From assembly GCA_001817115.1 (NCBI GenBank), contig MHHS01000032.1, positions 11,801 to 55,948 on the forward strand: a stretch of 44,148 nt of DNA. The letters run 5' to 3'. This document shows, one piece after another, positions 9,629 through 16,339 of the stretch. The stretch's first letter is position 1, and each line of letters opens with the position of its first letter. The position numbers were made by a program, and so were the translations under genes. Source of the DNA: Candidatus Andersenbacteria bacterium RIFCSPHIGHO2_12_FULL_45_11b. Its GTDB lineage: Bacteria; Patescibacteriota; Andersenbacteria; UBA10190. The notes below the pieces were generated by a model. That model saw only the letters and a list, made by a program, of their open reading frames with translations. It had not been told where the DNA came from and searched no databases.

Positions 9629-10195
9629 TTATAGGTTTTCTGCAAGAGTTATGTCATCCCGGGCTTGATCCGGGATCCACGTAGATTCCGGCTCCCCACT
9701 TCGCCCAAGGGCTTCGCGGGGCGCAGCGAAGGCCGAAATGATAGATAGCTTATGTTCGATGATCTTATACGTATCGTTAAATACGAATTTGCCCTCAAAT
9801 TTTTGGCTTCGCAAGAACATCGGCATCCAAAAAATGTCATCTGCCCACATCGCATCATATGGAATTTCGTTTATAGAAAACCATTGCGGTTTCATCTCGT
9901 CTGTTTCTATCGGTTCTCCGAAAAAGTTTGTTGCGCGAAAAATATGTACCTGCCATATTTGTTCTTCACCCGGCAGGGTAAAATCCAGTACGCCAACTTT
10001 TTCGGTTTCGGCAACGCTAATACCGCATTCTTCCAGCACTTCTCGCTTCGCTGCTTCTTCAATATCTTCGCCTTCTTCAACTTTTCCGCCAAATCCGTTC
10101 CATTTCCCCTCGCCTTTCCCCCGCTTCGCCAAGCCAAGCAAAATCTTATCGCCTTGTTGAATTAAGCACAGTGTGAGGAGTTTTTTGTCAGACAT
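9629..10195 (-). CDS. Nudix hydrolase (MTH1/8-oxo-dGTPase-like) with a repeat-encoded C-terminal tail
   Basis: The Nudix box is GGKVEEGEDIEEAAKREVLEECGI. The last ~35 codons (..IISAFAAPREALGRSGEPESTWIPDQARDDITLAENL) are read from the family-A element at 9652-9743. Confidence 0.8.
   Translation of the reverse strand: MSDKKLLTLCLIQQGDKILLGLAKRGKGEGKWNGFGGKVEEGEDIEEAAKREVLEECGISVAETEKVGVLDFTLPGEEQIWQVHIFRATNFFGEPIETDEMKPQWFSINEIPYDAMWADDIFWMPMFLRSQKFEGKFVFNDTYKIIEHKLSIISAFAAPREALGRSGEPESTWIPDQARDDITLAENL
9652..9743. repeat. family-A palindromic interspersed element (copy A1, degenerate right end)
   Basis: Sequence: TGTCATCCCGGgcttgatCCGGGATCCACGT...GATTCCGG...GGCCGAAATGATA. It has the same architecture as the copies at 18163, 19041, 27328 and 38192. 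Confidence 0.75.
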
Positions 10196-10539
10196 TATTT
10201 CTGAAGTATTCTGACTTTAACTTCGAGTTTCTCTATTCTTTCCTCGTGATTTTGAATTCGATCATCGTGGCGCGGAATCGGCGACAGTTTACTTTCGTTT
10301 GAAGTAACCATCTCTAAAATATCTAAAGAAATTTGTTTTAGTTCGTTCAATTGCTTTGTGTGCTGATCTAGTATTTGCGTGTGCTGATCTAGTGTGTTTG
10401 CGTGTCCTTGTTGCCCAGTCTCGAGCGACGCGATTTGCGCAGCTAAGTTGCCGCCCCATATCTCGAGGTCGTGCAATGTGGCCGGTTCCGATTTGCTGTT
10501 CATTTGTGTGCTTTTCTTCATACCGTAACTATAGCGCAT
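10195..10539 (-). CDS. hypothetical coiled-coil protein
   Basis: 114 aa with heptad-like repeats (NTLDQHTQILDQHTKQLNELKQ). It is tightly coupled to both neighbours: TAATG with the downstream Nudix gene and a 2-nt gap from the upstream Nudix stop. Confidence 0.5.
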   Translation of the reverse strand: MRYSYGMKKSTQMNSKSEPATLHDLEIWGGNLAAQIASLETGQQGHANTLDQHTQILDQHTKQLNELKQISLDILEMVTSNESKLSPIPRHDDRIQNHEERIEKLEVKVRILQK

Positions 10540-10541
10540 AT

Positions 10542-10964
10542 TTACACATCAAAAAAGTTCCTTCCGGTTTTGTATGCTTCGATGTAGTTTTCTACTACTT
10601 CAAATAAAGGACTTGGCAATGCGTCAATATCATACCAATCCCACGATTCGCATTTATCAGGCTCTAATAATTGTGGTTCTCCAGATTCCCATTCTGCAAC
10701 CATTCCTATATCTACATAATGTTTTGGAGCATATGTCTTTAAGTTCGACAGGCAAGAAAAGCGGACGTTCTTGATCTCAATTCCCGCCTCTTCGCGCGTT
10801 TCTCTTTTTATGCAATCCACAAACGATTCTAAATGTTCCAAGTGGCCTCCTGGCCCAGCATATACGTTGGCCGCATGCGCGCCTTTGCGCTTTCCTAGCA
10901 AAATTTTCTTGTCCTTAAATATAAGAACGCCCACGCCCACCTTCGGCCGTTGCTCTGGATTCAT
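10542..10964 (-). CDS. Nudix hydrolase (small MutT/dNTP pyrophosphatase-like)
   Basis: 140 aa with a clear Nudix box: GPGGHLEHLESFVDCIKRETREEAGIEI. Confidence 0.85.
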   Translation of the reverse strand: MNPEQRPKVGVGVLIFKDKKILLGKRKGAHAANVYAGPGGHLEHLESFVDCIKRETREEAGIEIKNVRFSCLSNLKTYAPKHYVDIGMVAEWESGEPQLLEPDKCESWDWYDIDALPSPLFEVVENYIEAYKTGRNFFDV

Positions 10965-10970
10965 AGATTA

Positions 10971-11273
10971 TTATGATTCATCTAAAATAATTCTTTTATC
11001 AAATCTACCACGCTTTTGAGCTTTTTCTGATTTTGTTTTTTCAATATCTTCTGACGCGAATTTTTTATATGCAATAATTGTGTCAATTACCTCGAGAATA
11101 TTCGCTACCTCTTCAACGCTTTCCGATTCAGTAAATTCTTGTACTTCTTCCGCTAATTTTTCTTTCAACTTCTCCCAATACTCGGCATCCGTAGCAATAT
11201 GCGTTATCGCCTCCCGGCCTTTGCTAGTAATAATTTCAGGAATATTGTCGCGTACGAGTTTATTGTATTTCAT
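10971..11273 (-). CDS. MazG-like / PRA-PH-like all-alpha nucleoside triphosphate pyrophosphohydrolase
   Basis: 100 aa. The MKYNKLVRDNIPEII... N-terminus and the acidic EExxE helices (LAEEVQEFTESESVEEVANILEVID) are typical of the small MazG-related house-cleaning family. The call rests on recognition only. Confidence 0.55.
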   Translation of the reverse strand: MKYNKLVRDNIPEIITSKGREAITHIATDAEYWEKLKEKLAEEVQEFTESESVEEVANILEVIDTIIAYKKFASEDIEKTKSEKAQKRGRFDKRIILDES

Positions 11274-11647
11274 ATATTAAAATTGTTTTTATATGCGTTT
11301 CCGGCTTTACGATACGCTTCAATTTCATATTTGTTATTCTGGTATCCATTTTTTAGTAATTCAATGTAGTACAGAATTGGTTGGATGATTGGCATTCTTT
11401 GATATTGCTCGATGTGTATTAACTCATGTTCCAAGTCTTTATGCTCAATATTTGGTCCTAGTATAACTAAATTTCCTACTGCTGTTGCTCTGATATTCTT
11501 CAGATAACCAAATCTCCACCATAATTTTTCAACAGTAACAATAACTGCTCCGGGGTTCTTGTGTAGCGATATTTTCTTTGGGATTGATATTAATGCTATG
11601 AGAGAGCCTAAAATAGAATACGGAAGATTAAGAATTAGTCTTATCAT
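11270..11647 (-). CDS. hypothetical small membrane-anchored protein with an HExxH motif
   Basis: 125 aa with an N-terminal hydrophobic helix and an HELIH motif (LEHELIHIEQYQ). ATGA overlaps occur at both ends. Confidence 0.4.
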   Translation of the reverse strand: MIRLILNLPYSILGSLIALISIPKKISLHKNPGAVIVTVEKLWWRFGYLKNIRATAVGNLVILGPNIEHKDLEHELIHIEQYQRMPIIQPILYYIELLKNGYQNNKYEIEAYRKAGNAYKNNFNI

Positions 11648-12198
11648 AACGCTTTTTTAATATCATCCCAGGTTATGTTGCTGATTTTCTCAATTTCTTT
11701 AAATATCTGTTGCGGTGTTTTGCTTGTGGCATCTATAAATATTATGCCCAATTCTTTTGCCTTCTGCTTAATTTCTTCAGCGTATTTTAGTGCATTTTCA
11801 AGTTGGTAGTCAGTTTTTCCCATTGGATTATTCCTACTCTCATGACGCAAATTTTTTCTGATAACATTTAATTTTACGTCTAAAAAATATACGCTATCAA
11901 ATAAATCCATGACGCTAAAAACATTTCCTGACAATCCGAATAAATATATTTCCTTTTGCTTACTTAGAAATTGTTTTAAAAATTCTTTGTTCCAAAGGAA
12001 TTCATGGGTATCAAGAAAAACTTTATCAGCATCTTCGGGATACGCAACTTTGTTTCCTTGATTATTAAACCAGCCAGATAGACCGGCAACTAAATCTGCA
12101 TCAACCGCATTAACTCCTTTCTTTTTTAGTTCGCTTGATATGTATGTCTTACCAGAGCCAGAAGGACCAATGACTAAGATTTTATTGTTATTTTCCAT
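11644..12198 (-). CDS. P-loop NTPase / nucleoside(-tide) kinase-like protein
   Basis: I take the start at ATG 12198 (MENNNKILVIGPSGSGKTYISS), 5 nt after the secA TAA; the track ORF is over-extended into secA. The Walker A motif is GPSGSGKT. Confidence 0.6.
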   Translation of the reverse strand: MENNNKILVIGPSGSGKTYISSELKKKGVNAVDADLVAGLSGWFNNQGNKVAYPEDADKVFLDTHEFLWNKEFLKQFLSKQKEIYLFGLSGNVFSVMDLFDSVYFLDVKLNVIRKNLRHESRNNPMGKTDYQLENALKYAEEIKQKAKELGIIFIDATSKTPQQIFKEIEKISNITWDDIKKAL

Positions 12199-14839
12199 GG
12201 CACTTTTTAAATTTCTTGCCTGATCCGCATGGGCATGGGTCGTTTCTGCCGACGTCTTTATACGGATTATGAAGCGGGCCTTCGGAAGACTGTTGTGCAG
12301 GCTGTGATGCGTTTTGCGCTTGTGCAGTAGGTTGGGGGGTTCCCTGTTCCGCCAAAGCATGAATGCTTGCAGCTTCAGTGTGCTGGGCTATGCCCGCAGG
12401 TTCGGCGGGGAGATTCGCATGCTGATGCTCTTCTACTCGCTCTGCGCGCAGCACCGTCTCGAGGATCGATCCCTTGATTGTACCGAGCAGTTGTTGAAAT
12501 AATCGATGTCCTTCCTTTTGATATTCAACAAGCGGGTCGCGCTGGCCATATCCGCGAAGCCCGATTCCTGTACGCAGATAATCCATCGTATCTAAATGGT
12601 CCATCCATAGCGTGTCAATAGAACGCAGCGCAATTGCCTGCTCTAGTTTTGTCATTGTGTCTTCGCTTAACTCCTCTTTTTTTGCAGTAATTTTTTGAGA
12701 AAGAATTGTACCCACTTCCGTACCTATCGCATCGCGCGCAGCATCCGGCCCAGAGGGGCTTTCTTGCGCAATAATGTCAGACAGCCTTGTGTGTATGTCT
12801 GCGGTTGGTGCATTAGTGAGCGCGTGGATAGATTCTGCAATTTCTTCTGTGTTCCAATCGTCCGTTGCGGAGCTTGCCGTATGCGTCGCAATCAACATAG
12901 CTCCCTGTTCTCGCGCCAATTCTATGATGCGAGCGTGAATGCTGAGCGCTTCTTGATTCGGTTCTTTCCATGTTCCAGACTCCAGCAACGATCTGCGCAA
13001 CGTATAGATCGCATTTCGTTGCTTATTTAATACGTTATCGTATGACAATACTTGCTTGCGCATATCGAAGTAGTATCCTTCTACCCGTTCTTGAGCTCCT
13101 TCCAATGCCTTGCTTACCAATCCGTTTTCAATCGGCTCGTCTTCTGGAATATTCAAGCGCTCCATAATGCTTTTAATTTTTGACCCGCCGAATACGCGCA
13201 TCACATCATCCTCCATGCTCACATAAAATTGCGTTTCCCCAGGGTCGCCTTGCCTGCCGGAGCGCCCGCGCAACTGATTATCGATGCGCCGCGCTTCATG
13301 GCGCTCTGTGCCCAGTACGCATAATCCGCCCAGTGCAGATACGCCATCCTCAAGCTTAATGTCAGTACCGCGCCCAGCCATGTTGGTTGAAATAGTAACC
13401 GCTCCCTTTTTTCCTGCCTGAGAAATAATTTCTGCCTCTCTGGCATGGTGCTTCGCATTTAATACTTCATGAGGCACGCCTTTTTGTTTCAGTAATTCAG
13501 AAATATATTCCGATTTTTCAATAGCAATAGTGCCTACAAGCACTGGTTGCCCATGCTCGTGGCGTTGCGCGATATCATCAACTAACTTTCTAAACTTTGC
13601 TTTTTCGTTGACGTATACGCGGTCAGGTTTATCTGAGCGGATTGTTTTTTGGTTGGTTGGAACTACTACTACATCCAAATTATATACTTGCTCGAATTCT
13701 TCTGCGGACGTTACTGCAGTTCCTGTCATCCCGCCGATGTGCTTGTATAATCGGAAAAAGTTTTGGAACGTAATAGATGCTAGCGTCCTGCTTTCTTGCT
13801 GCACTGCAACATGCTCTTTTGCTTCCAGTGCCTGATGCAGCCCCTCCGAATACCGGCGACCTTCCATGAGGCGACCGGTAAATTCATCAACAATAACAAC
13901 CTTTCCATCTTGTATGATGTAGTCTTTATCTTTGTGGTATAGCGTTTGCGCCCGCAGGGCTTGTTCCAAATGGTGAACGAATCGGATTCCTTTTTCTGCA
14001 TAAATATTTTCGATTCCTAACTGTTTTTCGACATAGGTTACTCCTGCGTCGGTGAGTGTTGCTGCTTTTCTCTTTTCATCTACGTTATAGTGTTCATCTT
14101 CGGTAAGCAGCGGAACAATGCGAGAAAATTGGTCGTATAGGGTAGTGGAGTCTGCGTCGGGAGCAGAAATAATCAGCGGCGTTCTTGCTTCATCAATCAA
14201 AATACTATCCACTTCGTCTACGAGCGCATAATACAGTTCTCGCTGTACGAGCTGTTCCAGCTGCTGTGCCATGTTATCGCGCAGGTAATCGAATCCGAAT
14301 TCGTTGTTGGTGCCGTATGTAATATCGCATGCGTATGCCGCGCGTTTTTCTTGCGGAGCTTGCCCTGCAACGATGACGCCTACAGTGAGCCCAAAAAATT
14401 CGTACACTGAGCGCATCCACTCGGCATCGCGCTGGGCCAAGTAATCATTCGCCGTTACCAGATGCGCCCCCTTTCCTGCAAGTGCATTTAATATCAGCGG
14501 TAATGTAGCAACTAAAGTTTTTCCTTCTCCCGTTTTCATTTCCGCGATGCTGTCTTTGAGTAGCGCTAAGCCTCCGATTAATTGCACGTCAAAGTGGCGC
14601 ATATTGAGCGTTCGCTTTGCAGCTTCGCGGATGCCCGCAAAAACTTCCGGAATATGCGCGTCGATTTCCCCCCTGTTTTTTCCTTGATATTGTCCGACGT
14701 ATTTTTTTAATTCTTCATGAGAAAGCTTAGAGACTATCCCCTCTAGCGCATTAATCTGCGTAACCACTGGCCGATACGCCTCAGCGGCCTTTTCGTGGCG
14801 CGAAGCTCCGCGAAAAGGTATAAAATCAAATATTCCCAT
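12188..14839 (-). CDS. secA: preprotein translocase ATPase SecA
   Basis: 883 aa. It has DEAD-like motor motifs (MKTGEGKTLVATLP, LVDEVDSILIDEARTPLIIS, TNMAGRGTDI) and the C-terminal zinc finger CPCGSGKKFKKCHG. Confidence 0.97.
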   Translation of the reverse strand: MGIFDFIPFRGASRHEKAAEAYRPVVTQINALEGIVSKLSHEELKKYVGQYQGKNRGEIDAHIPEVFAGIREAAKRTLNMRHFDVQLIGGLALLKDSIAEMKTGEGKTLVATLPLILNALAGKGAHLVTANDYLAQRDAEWMRSVYEFFGLTVGVIVAGQAPQEKRAAYACDITYGTNNEFGFDYLRDNMAQQLEQLVQRELYYALVDEVDSILIDEARTPLIISAPDADSTTLYDQFSRIVPLLTEDEHYNVDEKRKAATLTDAGVTYVEKQLGIENIYAEKGIRFVHHLEQALRAQTLYHKDKDYIIQDGKVVIVDEFTGRLMEGRRYSEGLHQALEAKEHVAVQQESRTLASITFQNFFRLYKHIGGMTGTAVTSAEEFEQVYNLDVVVVPTNQKTIRSDKPDRVYVNEKAKFRKLVDDIAQRHEHGQPVLVGTIAIEKSEYISELLKQKGVPHEVLNAKHHAREAEIISQAGKKGAVTISTNMAGRGTDIKLEDGVSALGGLCVLGTERHEARRIDNQLRGRSGRQGDPGETQFYVSMEDDVMRVFGGSKIKSIMERLNIPEDEPIENGLVSKALEGAQERVEGYYFDMRKQVLSYDNVLNKQRNAIYTLRRSLLESGTWKEPNQEALSIHARIIELAREQGAMLIATHTASSATDDWNTEEIAESIHALTNAPTADIHTRLSDIIAQESPSGPDAARDAIGTEVGTILSQKITAKKEELSEDTMTKLEQAIALRSIDTLWMDHLDTMDYLRTGIGLRGYGQRDPLVEYQKEGHRLFQQLLGTIKGSILETVLRAERVEEHQHANLPAEPAGIAQHTEAASIHALAEQGTPQPTAQAQNASQPAQQSSEGPLHNPYKDVGRNDPCPCGSGKKFKKCHGK

Positions 14840-14845
14840 AGATTT

Positions 14846-15151
14846 TCACGAATGTTGCTTTCTTTTGTCGTGATCGGAAGCAAGCTCAGACTTGAGTGCG
14901 GCGCACACCGCGTCTATTGCATTTTGTACGGTATCTTCTGAACGCTCTGCTCGATATACCTTTTTCCCATGTTCGATCATGATAATGCATCGAATAATGT
15001 TGCCCTTAAGGTGATGGGTGTCTTGTATGATTGATACGTCCGTTACAAATGGCGGTTCAACATGCTTTTCTAAGCGATTTAGGCAATCTTCTAGTTTTTC
15101 CTTGTCCTGGCTTGTAAGTTTAATATGTTCTGTTCGAAGTGAGTATTTCAT
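14846..15151 (-). CDS. hpf: ribosome hibernation promoting factor / RaiA family, short form
   Basis: 101 aa. The pattern MKYSLRTEHIKLTSQDKEKLEDCLNRLEKH...RAERSEDTVQNAIDAVCAALKSEL matches the sigma-54 modulation/HPF fold. The position upstream of secA is common synteny. Confidence 0.8.
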   Translation of the reverse strand: MKYSLRTEHIKLTSQDKEKLEDCLNRLEKHVEPPFVTDVSIIQDTHHLKGNIIRCIIMIEHGKKVYRAERSEDTVQNAIDAVCAALKSELASDHDKRKQHS

Positions 15152-15160
15152 AGTAGTACA

Positions 15161-16303
15161 TTAAGTATTCCTTAGTTTCAGCAGATATTCAACTTGCCTT
15201 GTAATATCTTGACGGAATCTGTTTGTAGCAAATTTCATCCCCTGTTTTTGGAGATTTCCAGGGTCAAACGCCCGCTCAATGCGAAGAAAGTTCCGAATGG
15301 CTTCCGCAAGCGTTTCAGGGAGCTGTTCTTGGTATAAAATGCCATGTACGCCGCTGCGCACTATTTCTCTCGCCCCGCCCGTCCCATATGCGATTACGGG
15401 CGTACCGCAAGCAAGAGCTTCAGCAGCCGTCATGCCAAAATCTTCAATGCCCGGCTGAATCAATGCGCGTGCTCCGCGATACAGCTCCCGTAACTGTTCG
15501 CGCGAAACCGATCCGGCAAACGTTGTGTGTTTGCCTGCAAGGCGTTCTAGTTGCGCTCGATCGCTGCCTGTTCCAGCGATTATAAGTTTTAACCCCAACT
15601 TTTCTGCAACGGTGATTGCGTGGTCGAATTTCTTCTCGCGAGTCAACCTGCCAACGCATAGAAAATACGATTTGCGGGTAGGGCCAGGCTAGTAAAACTG
15701 CGTGTCAATCGGCGGATAAATAACAACACTCTCTTTCTGATAGTATGTTTTTATTTTTTGCTGCGTGTACTGCGAGTTTGCAACGTATGAAGTTGGGCGC
15801 TGCGCAGCCGCAAAATCTATCATGCGCAAAAAATGAAACAGCGCTCCTAATATGAAGCGAGAATGCGGACGACTCGCGAGAGCCGAACGCGATGCATCCC
15901 ATAAGTATCGTGTTGGCGTATGGCAATAGCACAAGTGAGGTATGTGCGATCTCGTAATAACGCCTTTTGCAAATCCGCTCGCACTGCTGATTACGATGTC
16001 ATACTTCGACAAATCAAATTGCTCTACTGCCTGCGGAAGAAATGGAAGCATTCTTCCGGGGTGTTTGCGAAACCATGCGGGCCATGCTTGCAGTGATGAA
16101 GTATGAACATCGTATGTTCTTCCATCAACGGTCAGCTTGGGAATATTTCCCGCATACAGCGCATATATATCAGCTTGCGGATACATGCGAATTAGTTCTT
16201 CTAGTACCAGCTCCGCTCCGCCTCTGCGTACCAGCTCATCGTGCACAATTGCAACCCGCAGGTTGCCCTGAGCTTGTCGAATGGGCGATTCTTTAAACAT
16301 CAT
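15161..16303 (-). pseudogene. GT4 (GT-B fold) glycosyltransferase interrupted by a single in-frame TAG at 15689-15691
   Basis: The N-terminal half (16303..15692) and the C-terminal half are in the same frame. Read-through gives ..VVIYPPIDTQFY*PGPTRKSYFLCVGRLTREKKFDHAI.., continuous across the usual inter-domain linker of GT4 enzymes. The C-terminal half carries the Glycos_transf_1 pattern (FGMTAAEALACGTPVIAYGTGGAREIV). TAG is a genuine stop elsewhere in the window. Confidence 0.7.
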
Positions 16304-16339
16304 TGCATCGTATCGCTTTCTGTTCGTTGATGCAATATA

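Noticed and set aside
10358-10401. Tandem ~21-nt direct repeat (GTGTGCTGATCTAGT.T.TTTGC x2) in the coiled-coil gene
   Set aside because: It corresponds to a duplicated heptad (LDQHTQI / LDQHTKQ) within a coiled coil. That is an ordinary internal duplication rather than a regulatory or mobile feature.
15689-15691. Alternative genetic code: TAG or TGA reassignment, as in some CPR lineages and phages
   Set aside because: TAG terminates rseP, holB, murG and the Clp_N-like gene at their expected ends. TGA terminates proS, secF, alaS, scpA, scpB, murC and others at their expected ends, and TAA is also used. The standard bacterial code fits, so the single internal TAG in the GT4 gene is better explained as a lesion or variant.
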